The notes under the pieces are model-generated. The model saw nothing but the letters and a program-made list of their open reading frames with translations. It was not told the DNA's origin and did not search any database. A stretch of 64,000 bases of DNA from positions 39,060,001-39,124,000 of the forward strand of contig NC_043014.1 of assembly GCF_006345805.1 (NCBI RefSeq), given 5' to 3'. The translations under genes were made by a program, and so were the position numbers. Positions 29,127 through 41,954 of this stretch are shown here, piece by piece. The number at the start of each line of letters is the position of its first letter. Positions within the stretch are counted from its first letter, which is position 1. The DNA is from Octopus sinensis (Eukaryota).

Positions 29127-29730
29127 TATAGAATTTCTTTCGCCTCACCTCCTTCCCTGTTTTAATATAGACAAACCGGAGACCCCAGGAAATTTCCCGT
29201 ACAGTGTCTCCTCCGCACACTCTTCTCAAGGGCCCTTTGCAAAATTGAAATTAAGAGCACTGCATGATTGCATTTTTTTTTAAAGAAAAGAACAAAAAAA
29301 TTTAGTATAAAAATTTTGATAAATCAAAAGATAAACTTCGTGTTTCACTTAGTTATTACAGCTAATGAAATAAAGCCGTATAATAGCCCCGTAATGGCAG
29401 TGTCAGAGTAAAATGCCTTGTATTCTCTTACGTTCTTTACCTTCTCAGTTCATATCTATCTACTTTCTATCCTATCTGTATCTATTATATGTAAATATAA
29501 AGCAGTTAATCGTTTGCACGCCGAACAAAATACTTAGCAGCATTTTCCCTAAAATAATGTAGTAAATATTAACTATGCTCATTATAAATTTAGGAGGCAC
29601 AAACTTTTTGTCACAGGGAGGGAAAATGCACGACATAAAATTTTTTGTACATATTAACTTTTATAAGTAAGAGGGAACGTTTGCTATGATACCAAGTAGA
29701 TATTTTCCCGATTAATATAAAACAGCATTA

Positions 29731-31489
29731 AAGCGGCGAGCTGGCAGAACCGTTAGCACGCCGGGCGAAATGCTTAGCGGTATTTCGTCTGCCGCTACGT
29801 TCTGAGTTCAAATTCCGCCGAGGTTGACTTTGTCTTTCGTCCTTTCGGGATCGATAAATTAAGTAGCAGTAACGCACTGGGGTCGATATGATCGACTTAA
29901 TCCGTTTGTTTGTCCTCTCTGTGTTTAGCCCCTTGTGGGCGATAAAGAAATAGGTATTTCGTCTGCCGTTACGTTCTGAGTTCAAATTCCGCCGAGGTCG
30001 ACTTTGCCTTTCATCCTTCCGGGGTCGATAAATTAGTTACGCACTGGGGTCGATGCAATCGACTTAATCCCTTTGTCTGTCCTCTCTGTGTTTAGCTCCT
30101 TGTGGGCGATAAAGAAATAAGAACCGTTAGCACGCCGGAAAATGCTTTGTAGCATTTCATCCGCCTTTATGTTCCGAGCTCAGATTCCGCAGAGGTCGCC
30201 GTTGCCTTTTATCCTTTGGAGGTCGATAAAATAAGGACCAGTTGAACACTGGGGTCGATGTAATCGACTTACCCCTATCTCCGAAACTGCTGGCCTTGTG
30301 CCAAAATTTGAAATCAATATAAAACAGCGAGTGTCACTGGCCGTTCTCAGCGGCAAACACCATCGCGGTCATTATCGCGGGGCGCGGTTGAGCACTCTAT
30401 TTGTTCTGGGATCGCCCCCGCCCTCTCTTTTTGCTCCCCTTTTATTTCTTTTCCCTTCTTATCTCCTTTCCTGCTTCTTTGTATTTTAAATCTTCTAATA
30501 AAATAAAGGTTCATATATAACAACTATACAACTGCTAAAACTCAGCCTTATGCCCGAGCAGATATTAGTATGGGTACTACTAAAGCAGTGTCAATGATGG
30601 TAGGCTGTCGAACTAAATGAATTGCGGTATTAAAGTGACATTATTTACGCCCTCTGTACAAGTTCCGCCAGTGGTTGACATTTTCCTTTATAATCTGTTC
30701 GGGTTTGACGAAATTAAGTCTGAAGGTAAATAGTGCGGTTGCCATAAACGACTACACCCTACGCTTACGAAGCAGTGACTTTGCGCCAAATTTAGAAATC
30801 GTTTATATTATCAGTACAGTAAAAGTGGCAGACAGCTGTTTTGCTGTATTTAGTTTCCATTCCGATAAAATTCTGAGTTCGAATTCCGCAGGAGTTGATT
30901 AGCCAACCACCTTCTTCAGGTAGGTTGGAGAGAATTGATTAAAAACAAAAAGAGTTCCCAGCATGTAGATGTTAGTCAATATAATTGACTATATAAGTTA
31001 ATTATCTACACATTTGTGGCACTGAGCCAAGGTGAAAAATAACAAGTAATTAGTCTTATTATCACTAAAGCAGCGAGCTGGCAAGAATCGTTAGCACGGC
31101 AGGTAAAATCCTTAGCGGCATTTCGTCCGTCTTTACGTTCTAAGTTCAAATTCTGCCGGGGTTGACTTTGCCTTTCGGGGTCGATAAAAAAAGTATCAGT
31201 TAAACGCTGGGTCCATGTAACCGACTAGTCCCCTCCCACCAAAATTTCAGGTTTTATGTATTCAGTAGAAAGGGTTGTTGTTGTTGTTGTTGTTATTTAG
31301 GCGGATAGCTGACAGAATCGTTAGTATGCCGTTCTGAGTTCAAATTCTGCCGAGGTCGACTTTGCCTTTCATCCTTTCGGGGTCGATGAATTAAGTACCA
31401 GTGAAACATTGGGGGTGCGGGTGGGCGATCTAATCGACTAGACTTCTTCCACAAAATTTTAGGTCGTGTGCCTTTAGATAATAGAAAGG

Positions 31490-31546
<57 letters not shown>

Positions 31547-33470
31547 AATAATAATAATAATAAAACGGTGAGCTACCAGGATCGTTAGCACGACGGGGGA
31601 AATGCTTAGCGGCATTTCGCCCGTCTTTACGTCCTGAGTTCAAATTCTGCCGAGGTTGACTTTGCCTTTCACTCCTTCGGGGTCGATAAATTTGTACTAG
31701 TCAAGTATTGGGGAGGTCGATATGATTAACTTCCCCCACCCCTAAAAACAAAACTTTCGACCCTGTGACAAAATTTGAAACCATTATCATTAAGGCGGCG
31801 AGTTGGCAGAACCTTTAGCATTCCGGACGAAGTACATAGCGGCATTTCGTCCGTCTGTCGTTGAAATTCCACCCGGTCAGCTCTGCCTTTCATCGTTTTG
31901 AAGTCGATAAAATAAGTATCAGTGAAGTACTGGTGTAGATGTAATCGACTTCTTCCTCCTCTCAAAAATTTCTGGCCCTGTGCCAAAATTTAAAACCATT
32001 ATTATTAAGGCAGCGTGTTGGAAGATTAGTTGGTACTCCGGACAAAATGCTTAGTGGCATTTCTTCCGACTCTTTACGCTCTGACTTCAAATGCTGCTGC
32101 GGTCGATTTTGCCATTCATTCATTTGGAATCGATAAAATAATACCTATTTCTTTATTACCCACAAGGGGCTAAACACAGAGGGGACAAACAAGGACAGAC
32201 AAACGGATTAAGTCGATTACACCGACCCCAGTGCGTAACTGGTACTTTATTTAATCGACCCCGAAAGGATGAAAGGCAAAGTCTACCTCGGCGGAATTTG
32301 AACTCAGAACGTAACGGCAGACGAAATACGGCTACGCATTTCGCCCGGCGTGCTAACGTTTCTGCCAGCTTGCCGCCTTTTTAAAATAAGTACCAGTTGA
32401 GCACTGGGACCGATGTAATCGACTTATCCACTTCCACGAAATCCTAGCCTTGAGCTAAAATTTGAAACCATTATTATGAAGCGTGGTGGATTGGTGAAAC
32501 CGTTAAAATGTTTCACAAAATGCCTTGAATTATTTATTCTGGCTCTTAATATTCAGTGTTCAAATCCTACCTTTCTTTTTCTTTTGCGCCCTTTTTAAAG
32601 CCTAACCAGGCTCATGGGCCCGGTTTCCCGGTTTCAATGGTGTATGTGTTCCCCCTAGCTGGACGGGACACCAGTCCATCGCAGCGTTACTCATTTTTGC
32701 CAGCTGAGTGGACTGGAGCAACGTGAAATGAAGTGTTTTGCTCAAGAATACAACGCGTCGCCCGGTCCAGGAATCGAAACCACAATCTTACGATCATGAT
32801 GCTGACACCCTAACCACTAAGCCACGCGCCTCCACCTCAAATCCTGCCAATGCCAATTTTTCCATTCACATTTTTGAGAACGATACACAATGTATTAAGT
32901 CAAGTACATGGAACCCTATAAAAAATTTTCCAGCTGCGTGTCTAAATTAGGAGCATTCATCTTCCTCATCGAGGAGGACGATTGTGTCTGGCAAAACGCT
33001 TTGGTCATTCATTGCCTTGTACCTCTCCAGGATCATAAATCTAACCTTCAGCCATGTCAGTTCTCTAAGTATTCTCCGTACAAATTCCTCGGATCAACGA
33101 GTTTGTCTCTATGTGACTAGAAGGAGCAATTAATTCTGCCTCAAAGCACACGCTGCCGCCACAAACAAAACGGCCTTTGATCATAGGTTTCGTCAATCAA
33201 AGCTTCCAGTGATGCAACAGCAACTTTTGGCTTTGTACTAGAGCTGGCAAAAAACAGTGAACTGGTAGAATCGTTAGCGCATCAGACAAATGCTTACCAG
33301 TATTTCTTCCGGCTCTTTACGTTCTGAGTTCAAATGCCGCTGAGATCAACTTTGTCTTTCGTAGTATCTGTTGTATCTGTTGAGCACTGGAATCAATATA
33401 GACTCACCCTAACCTCTTCCCACTAAAATTGCTGGCCTTGTGTCAAAATTAGAAACAATTATTATAAGCT
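29731..33470 (+). mobile_element. Dense array of family A and related tRNA SINE copies (more than 10), mostly co-oriented
   Basis: Heads (A)AGGCGGCGAGCTGGCAG..TTCTGAGTTCAAATTCC recur at about 29731, 30120, 31070, 31290, 31563, 31793, 32007 and 33255. An opposite-strand copy lies at 32143-32380. Confidence 0.85.
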
Positions 33471-33832
33471 CTATTAGATGCTCTAATAGATTCTCTCTTG
33501 ATTCCATTGAATCATATTTTGAACAATAACTATTGTTAATACTTTCGGTTTTAACTAAACTTAAAGTTAGGCCAATGAAATCATTTTTCTTTCCTGTAAA
33601 ATATGAACTGAAGTTTCGAGTTAGACGAGTAGAATCAACGATATCTTCTGGTAAAGAAATGTTTGGGGACGGGCTTTCCTAGTTCTTAGGCTACATGCCA
33701 ATGGCCACTCTGAGTTATTTCTCTTAGTTCATTTTATTTAAATTATGCAAATTACCTGAGCCATGAATGTGTTCTTTTTGCATAAGCCTAAATCCGTTGG
33801 CTACTGGAAATAAGATCGGTCAATAGTTCTGA

Positions 33833-34064
33833 AAGGCGGCGAGCTGGCAGAACCGTTAGCATGCCGTGTGAAATGCTTAGCAGTATTTCGTCTGCCGTTA
33901 CGTTCTGAGTTGAATTCCGCCGAGGTCGACTTTGCCTTTCATCCTTTCGGAGGCGATTAAATAAGTACCAGTTACGCACTGGGGTCGATATAATCGACTT
34001 AATCCGTTTGTATGTCCTTGTTTGTCTCCTCTGTGTTTAGCCCCTTGAGGGTAGTAAAGAAATA
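33833..34064 (+). mobile_element. SINE family A copy with 15-bp TSD
   Basis: GGTCAATAGTTCTGA on both sides. Confidence 0.9.
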
Positions 34065-36585
34065 GGTCAATAGTTCTGATGATAGTAGTTATTGAACCAG
34101 AAACACTGGTGCACGATTGCTCTCTTGCCTTCAAGCAATAGGCTTGTGCTTCTTTGATTGTATGTCAATTTTGAAAAATTCTTGATTCTCAAGATTATCT
34201 CTCCTTCTGCAGTGGAACTGCGCTTAATTGCCATTTGGTAATTATAATACGTCTTCAAGAGGATGATATGATTTTGATAAATCAAGAATTTAGAGGCGAA
34301 AACAATTTTAATTAGTCAAGAATTTGTGTTGTAAATGATAAACTTGTATTTGTTTATGTTGTTCAAATATCTGTCATTGGCCTCTGAGTTATTTCTCTGA
34401 GCCCATTTTTGTTTAAATAATACGTATAAAAGCCGGATAGCTTAGTCTCATTAGAAAATTGCAATATTTAAAGCTTTCCGGGGAAAAGCAAGCAAACAAG
34501 CAAAAAAAAGCCATTAATAATACAAATCAAATGAAATGGTTAGAAACAGTGACTGAAAGTGGATTTCGAAAACGGCTTCCTTGCACCTTTATTTATCTAT
34601 ATATTTTCAACTTATTGTGCTTTGGGTGTTCAAAACATACTCAAACAGGTTGAACAACTAAGACACAAAATTTTCTGATAAAAAGTAAATACTACTAGCT
34701 GACTTACTGTGAACAGTGAGAAATATATTTCGTAAAATTGTCTTTCCTCGTAGAAAACTGTTTTTAGAGGCCTATGCCACAATTCCCTTTAATTCTTGAA
34801 TTAATTTTAATTCTTAGAATTAAAACTTTATGCGTGAAGAAACTGCTTGTATTTTACGTCGACCGACATAGACTACCACTAGTTTCTTAACACATGAATT
34901 GTTTAGTGTGGTTACCTAATAGCCTGTCCTTAGAAATGAGAATTTGTGTTGGCTGTTGGAAGGAAAGTTAGTACATACACACATTCATGCAAAAATGTAT
35001 GCATGCATAAATACATATATGCAGCTAACATGCACTTTACTGGTACAATCTATAAGCGGAACAGTAAAAATATGCATGACTTTTCTGAAATTCAGCGTGT
35101 AACACATATCTGTTTTGTTATCCAAGTTCCAGCGGTAGAACATTGTTTCTGCGTTAGAAACTAGCTGCTTCCCCATGGGAAGACGTCAACCAATTAAAAA
35201 GAAACACATTCGTACATATACATAGTTATGCATTTATACTTATTGTGTACAGTCATGCATTGGGTCGGTCCACCGAACTATAAAGAGATAGCATGTTATC
35301 TTTGTCTTTTTTTATTGTTTGTGTTTCCAATTATTTTCTCTTGCGCGCGCGTGTGTGTGGTAAATGAAGAAGTGAAGCGATTCAGCAGTAGAAATAGAAG
35401 CTAGATGATGCCGAAACACCTCGAATGAACGTCATTAGTTCATGAATAGCAAGGGAGATAATTCTAAATCAAAAACAAAAAAATAAATTCAGACCTAATT
35501 TAATACAGCTTTTGTGCAAAATATCCTTTTTCATCATAACATATACATTGAGATCTGTGTTCTAAAGAATAAGTGTGAATGATCTTGAAGAGTGATTCAC
35601 CAAAATAGTCAATAAGGGAGATAATTGTGAGAACGCAATTTTAATAGACTCCCATAATGAATCAGTACTCTATTTAGATTAAATTTATGGTCAAAAATTC
35701 AATTACTTGAGATCATTGACACCTCTCACTTGCAATGTCTTCACGATATAGCAGACAAAATTTCTATTTTATTTCATTTTCAGTTGGAAAAAAAAAAGCG
35801 TTTACTTGGTATTTTGACTGGCTAGAAATAGATCCCAAATCTCCCTTGGGATATTTACCTTTTGTCTTGTTTCAGTCATTGTATTGCGGCCATGCTGGGA
35901 CATCGTCTTGAAACACCGCATGCTCGAGCGCTTTAGTCGAACAAATCGATTCAAATACTTAGTTTTTAAAGTCTGGTATCTTGTTCCGAACTGTTAGATT
36001 ACGGGAACATAAACAAACCAACAACGGTTGCCAGGCGGTGGAGATGAGGCAAACAAAAACACATACACACACACACACACACATGAAGGGTTTCCACACA
36101 GTTTCTGTCTACTCACAAGCATTGGTCAATCTGGGGCTTAGTTAAAGACACTTGCTAAAGATGCCGTTCAGTGGGATTGAACCCAAAACGAGCTTCTTAA
36201 CCACAAAGGCATGCCTGCACCTTAAAATCATTCTTTTAAATGACACATCGAATAATATGTTCCTAGATACATTATGTCTTGAAAACCTACGTGGTGGGCA
36301 TAATTGGAACGTCCACATTTGATTGGTTCAACTGGAGCTGATACTGGATTAAGTAACAGAAGTACTTGCTTTTTAAGTTCTGAAATTTTAGAAATAAAAA
36401 AAAAAACAGAAAATATATACTTAGGCGCAGGCGTGGTTGTGTGGTAACAAACTTTCTTCCCAACATAATGGTTCCGGGTTCAGTCCCACTGCGTGGCACT
36501 TTGGGCAAGTTTCTTTTACCATAGCCTCGGGCCGACCAAAACCTTGTGAGTGGATTTGGTAGACGGAAATTGAAAGAAGCCCGTC

Positions 36586-36659
<74 letters not shown>

Positions 36660-36900
36660 TTAATATTAGGGAAGTTATTTCCGAGTCCACATGGGAGAGA
36701 AATTCAATTTAGTGGTACTAAAATAAATTTCTCGCTGTATTATATACATATATATAAATAGCATTAAGTGACAGAACCACCTTCAAGCAACTCAATCAAC
36801 ATTGAACGACATTATCTATGATAGAGATATATAAGATTACATTTTATCAAAATTCATATCTACAATTACTAATCTGAATCATATATTAAATCAAATTATT

Positions 36901-37008
36901 TAGACCACGCGCGTTTCATGACAATATATCTATCGGTATTGCTGAAATAGAAGGTCTCGAAATTCAATATCAAATTAATCCGACTATACTGCCAATCTTC
37001 AGGTCTAG
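36901..37008 (-). ncRNA. Degenerate type I hammerhead-like motif in a Penelope-like end
   Basis: tagac-CTGAAGA-long stem II-GAAAC-GCGC-GTG-gtcta. Position 17 is G, so probably inactive. Confidence 0.45.
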
Positions 37009-37696
37009 ATTATATAAAACTATTTTGCTATTACATCATATATAAAGACATGACAATCAACTAGAAATCGTCGAAATAATTTTTCATTACTAAAAAAAAA
37101 AGGACCTGGTGCCTGAAGTAGAAAGTATAATTTTTATTAAAGCGGCTAGCTGGTAGAATCGTTAGCGCGCTGAACGAAATGCTTAGCGGTAGATCGCCCG
37201 TCGCTACGTTCCAAGTTCAAATTCCGCCGAGGTTGACTTTACCTTTCGTCCTTTCGGGGTCGATAAATTAAGTACCAGTGAAACACTGGGATAGATGTAA
37301 TCGATTAGCCCCCTCCCCCAAAATTTCAGGCCTTGTGCCTATTGTAGAAAGGATTATTATTATTATTATTAAGACGGTGAGCTGGCAGAATCGTTAGCAC
37401 GGCTTTACGTTCTGAGTTCAAATGCTGTCGATATCTACTCTGTCTTTCTTTCTTTCGGGTTCGATAAAATAAGTGTCATTTGAGTACAGGGGTCTCTTTA
37501 ATCAACTACCCACCTTCCCAAATTTTCAGGCGTTGTGTCTATAGTAGAAAGAATTATTATTATTTATACTATTAAGGCGGAAAACTGACAGAAACGTTAG
37601 TACAGCTTTATGTTCTGATATTCTATATTTAAGAGACGAGGAATTATGTACATTATTTACATTTGACGGATATTTGTCCTCATCTTGTTTGTTGTT

Positions 37697-37742
37697 AACA
37701 CAACGTTTCGGCTGATATACTCTTCAGCCTTCATCAGGTGTC
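37697..37742 (-). ncRNA. Minimal type I hammerhead ribozyme motif
   Basis: GACAC-CTGATGA-A-GGCTG(loop)CAGCC-GAAAC-GTT-GTGTT. Helix III is a loop-less ACGT palindrome. Confidence 0.7.
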
Positions 37743-37760
37743 TTAGGGAATTTCGAACCT

Positions 37761-37831
37761 GGGCATATGGCGTAGTGGTTAAGAGCGCGGGCTACTAACC
37801 CCAAGATTCCGAGTTCGATTCCAGGCAGTGA

Positions 37832-37835
<4 letters not shown>
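37761..37835 (+). mobile_element. tRNA-like Pol III head inside the hammerhead composite
   Basis: A box TGGCGTAGTGG (37768-37778) and B box GAGTTCGATTCC (37811-37822). The acceptor stem is poor, so this is not a functional tRNA. Confidence 0.7.
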
Positions 37836-37889
<54 letters not shown>

Positions 37890-38182
37890 CTGGAAATAGA
37901 GGTAACCAGAATGTGGAATCTAAAAACAGAAACAATTCCTATCATAGTAGGTGCATTAGGCATGATAAAAAAAATATTCAGACAAATACATAACAAAAAC
38001 ATCAGGACTTACAAACACATATAACATACAGAAAATTGCACTACTAGGCACTGCACACATCCTACGCAGAACACTTTCCATACAATAACCATCAGAGCAT
38101 CACAACAAATCACAGCACATACCTAAGGCACACAGAACTGCGCTCGGTAGTGAAGTGAAAGCACGCTATAAAAATAAAACAA

Positions 38183-38185
<3 letters not shown>
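37890..38185 (+). mobile_element. 5'-truncated R4/Dong LINE 3' end within (AAT)n
   Basis: LEIEVTRMWNLKTETIPIIVGALGMIKKYSDKYITKTSGLTNTYNIQKIALLGTAHILRRTLSIQ*, with (AAT)n on both sides. Confidence 0.85.
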
Positions 38186-38240
<55 letters not shown>

Positions 38241-38287
38241 TCGAAAAATATCTTAGGAATGAGGACCCAGGTTTGAGATTTCCCCAA

Positions 38288-38333
38288 GACACCTGATGAC
38301 GGCTGGAGGGTATATCAGCTGAAACGTTGTGTT
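38288..38333 (+). ncRNA. Minimal type I hammerhead ribozyme motif
   Basis: GACAC-CTGATGA-C-GGCTG(loop)CAGCT-GAAAC-GTT-GTGTT. Confidence 0.65.
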
Positions 38334-39078
38334 AATAACAAACAAGATGAGGTCAAATATCCGTCAAATGTAAATAATGTAAATAATGTAAATAATGTTT
38401 ATGTTCTGCGTTCAAATGCCGCCGATATCTACTTTGCTTTTCGAGCGATGGGGGTTCGATATACAACTAGCATCTCCCACCAAATTTCAGTCCCATGTTC
38501 CATTCAAAATGGCGACGGGGTGCTAGAAGCAATAAAACGCTGATGTAAACAAATGCTGCTTCATTCCACATTTCTGTTTCGTTTCGTCCCTACAGATTTG
38601 TGGTATTGTGCTAATTTGAGAAACCCTGTTCATTACGAACAATGCATCGTCGTTGTTCTACTTCCAACAACCCCATGAATGTACTTATATAAAACACTTC
38701 TGCATTCCATCTCGTGATGATCATTTTTAGATGAACAAACGATGACTACTGACACTTCACCTGCCGCGGAGAAACGAACGAAACATCTTGAGAATCACGT
38801 CACTCTAAATATTTGTCAGCAGTCTGCACCCTCGTTTAATTCGTAGATATCTTTATTGTTTTTAGCACTGTTACCTGCTGTGTGTGTGTGTGTGTCTGTG
38901 TGTATGTCTGTCTGTCTGTCTGTCTGTATGTATGTATGTATGTATGTTTGTATGTATGTATGTATGTATGTATGTATGTGTGTACGTATGTATGTATGTA
39001 TGTGCTTGACTGTGTACGTATAGGTATGTATTCATATACATAAGTATATGTATGTATATGTAAGTGTGCATACATGTC

Positions 39079-39111
<33 letters not shown>

Positions 39112-39197
39112 GTTTGTGTGTATATATATATGTATATATATATATTTGCATATGTATATGTATGTGAACGTGTATATATGCATTTATGCATGCACAC

Positions 39198-39278
<81 letters not shown>

Positions 39279-39311
39279 CTATATATATATATATATGTAT
39301 ATATATGTATA

Positions 39312-40374
39312 TCTATATATATAAAACTCAACTTGTGTGTGTGTGTCTGTGTGTTTAACTTCCTGGCATATCTCCTTCTAGCCAACAAATCGTAGGACCA
39401 CCAAAAATGGGTCACTTAAAGTTTAGGCGAATGAAAATTGAACTGCGCTATTTCTGTTCCGAAATTCATCTCGCAAGTGCAAAAATCGATAATGTGTTTG
39501 TTTAGGCCTTATCCCATGCATTGAATAGTGAACTTTACTCAGTCAGCTGTTTGACGTGAACTGTGTTCACCACGCGTGCAAGCATGCGTAAATTGCATGA
39601 AAAATAAAAATCAAGATATAAAAACGAATCGCCGTAAACATTGTAGAAATTCGACAAAGAAATGAATTTTCGGGATGTAGCCTGGAGGGTTTTTTTCGTA
39701 TTAATCGTTTGGACTTTGTGAACACATACCAATTGTTTTCATAACATTTTTAACGCTTTGAATTAAATTGAGTCTGCAGTTTGAATCACTTTAACCAAAT
39801 TTTAGCAGGCCGGATTTTTGATCACCACGATACATCGCCAGCGACTACCTGAAAACCGTTGAGAAATCTATATATATAAAACTCAACTTGTGTGTCTGTG
39901 TGTGTATCTGTGTGTGTACTGTGTGTTTAACTTTTGGATCTACCAAGTTTCATTATTAAGGATGGAAAGTAGTGTGTAGCAAATCTATATATATAAAGCT
40001 GAAGTTGTCTGTGTGTGGCAGGTTTGGTAGCCTTCAACTAACACTATCTCCTTCGAGACCCTGCAGCGCAAGTTGACCAAAATTGAGAGTATGATAGAAG
40101 AAGGCTTGCTCTTCATTCTGGAGAAAATAAAATTCAAATCGGACCATGTTAACACCAAAAATTATTTACATCAAAAAGGTGCTTTCTTTTCTATGAAATT
40201 CCCTATTTTTTTACGATTTATGACTGCTGTGTCGCCATTTTTCGGTGTATTTCAACTGAAAAAATGTTCACTGGAAAAGAATAACAAGTTGCATAATGCA
40301 AAATTTTTACTTTTCAAAAATTCCAATTCTAAAGGGTCGAAACAAACCCAAGTAACACCGGGTGATACTGCTAG
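39312..40374 (+). mobile_element. Stack of non-autonomous Helitron elements (5' ends at 39312, 39867, 39984; complete copy 39984-40374)
   Basis: Three TCTATATATATAAA starts. The last ends in a hairpin plus CTAG|T and matches 16321-16702. Confidence 0.7.
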
Positions 40375-40416
<42 letters not shown>

Positions 40417-40684
40417 TATAGATATATATATAATATATAATATATATATATAATATATACATATTATATGCATACATATATATGTATGTATGCATAGATA
40501 ATATGTATTCATGCATATATATATATATATAATATATATATATATATATGTATGTATGTATGTATGCATATATATATATATGTATATATGTATGTATGCA
40601 CATATATGTATGTATGCACACATATATATGTATGTATATATTGTTGTGTTGTTGTTGTTGTTGTTGTTATCATCATCATCATCA

Positions 40685-40737
<53 letters not shown>

Positions 40738-40774
40738 GTGTTCAATCCAGAAAGTAGAGGTGAAATTGTTTTGC

Positions 40775-40892
40775 CTAGATGCACGAATATAAATACGTAA
40801 AAATGACACAAATAACACGAGTAAATTTATGAGCCAAAGAGGAGAGAACCAGGCAAATAATAATTGAAGTTAGATAAACAAAAGGTTCGTGC
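40775..40892 (-). CDS. Candidate terminal exon, hydrophobic ([38 protein letters not shown])
   Basis: Strong acceptor tgctttatatttctacgcttttcag|. The phase-2 frame is open to TAG. Confidence 0.4.
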
Positions 40893-41916
40893 CTGAAAAG
40901 CGTAGAAATATAAAGCAAAAAGAACCATTGTCAAAGAAGTTCAGAATGCAGCTCATTACCCACCAAAGAAGAAAACAAGGGAGTCTGATGTTCGGGAGAT
41001 ACTTTCATATATATATATATATTATTATATATATAATAATATATATATATATATTATTATATATACAAAATGAGAAAATGGAGAAATATATCTAAATCAA
41101 TCATCAACTATCAGATAATACCCCATCAATACTTTATTAGCTTGTTGGGTACTTCTCTAGCAGTAGATTGGATATATGTTATCCCATGGAGGTTGAATTT
41201 ACAACCCCTATCTCATTTTATATATATATATATATATATTATATATTATATATATATTATATAATATATATATATATATATATAATATATAGGATTCGCT
41301 AGTACTGGGTGTCTGGCATGGTTTGTCCGATTTACAGATATCGGACGGGTATGTTTGATTCTTTGAACTACATTTTTTACCTATATATATATATATATAT
41401 AGGGGATGTGTGTGTGTGTGAAGGTGTGTGGCCTAGCAGTTACAGTGTTGCACTCACGATCGGTAGATCGTTGGTTCAACCGGATTGGGCAGTGTTTTGG
41501 GTTCTTGAGCAAAGCACTTCATTTCACGTTACTCAGCGAGCATTTCGTTATCTGACGTATGGCACACTTGTACACCTCTACAGGCAATATCTATGAGGTA
41601 AAGAGGAGTTAAACAGATAATATGCGGACTTAGATAAGCATAAGCACGTCTGGAAAGTGTAGAAATATATAGGGTTCTGTAACCGCTACCAACAATCTAA
41701 TGTAAACACCTTATTCGTTGCCATCAATACATGAGACAACTAATGAATATCATAATCATATTACTTGAATATATTCATAAAATATGAATTGAAACTATAG
41801 ACTATATTACGAGACTAGGGCTGGACCCAGCTATTGAATTCTACTCTACAACATAACTTTTGAATGATAAGACATAGATTGATTAAGGGATTTTTTTCTT
41901 TCGGTATAGTACGTAC

Positions 41917-41954
41917 CTTATGAGCTGGGAAACATAATATTTGTAAACTGTTAT
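41917..41954 (-). CDS. Candidate 38-nt exon
   Basis: Acceptor ctatcttctcctgcctttag| and donor AAG|GTACGT. Read phase 0 to 2 it gives ITVYKYYVSQLI(R). Confidence 0.45.

Noticed and set aside
29731-33470. CRISPR-like or satellite-like regular repeats
   Set aside because: Units are 200+ bp tRNA-headed SINEs with variable tails. There are no short identical repeats with unique spacers and no cas genes.
34067-34285. ORF with GEIILRIKNFSKL, faintly MATH-domain-like
   Set aside because: The resemblance is only a few residues, there are competing open frames, and no supported splice partners exist.
38590-38830. Strong plus-strand acceptors as DnaJ downstream exons
   Set aside because: The phase-2 frame stops after five codons and the other frames are not joinable or recognisable.
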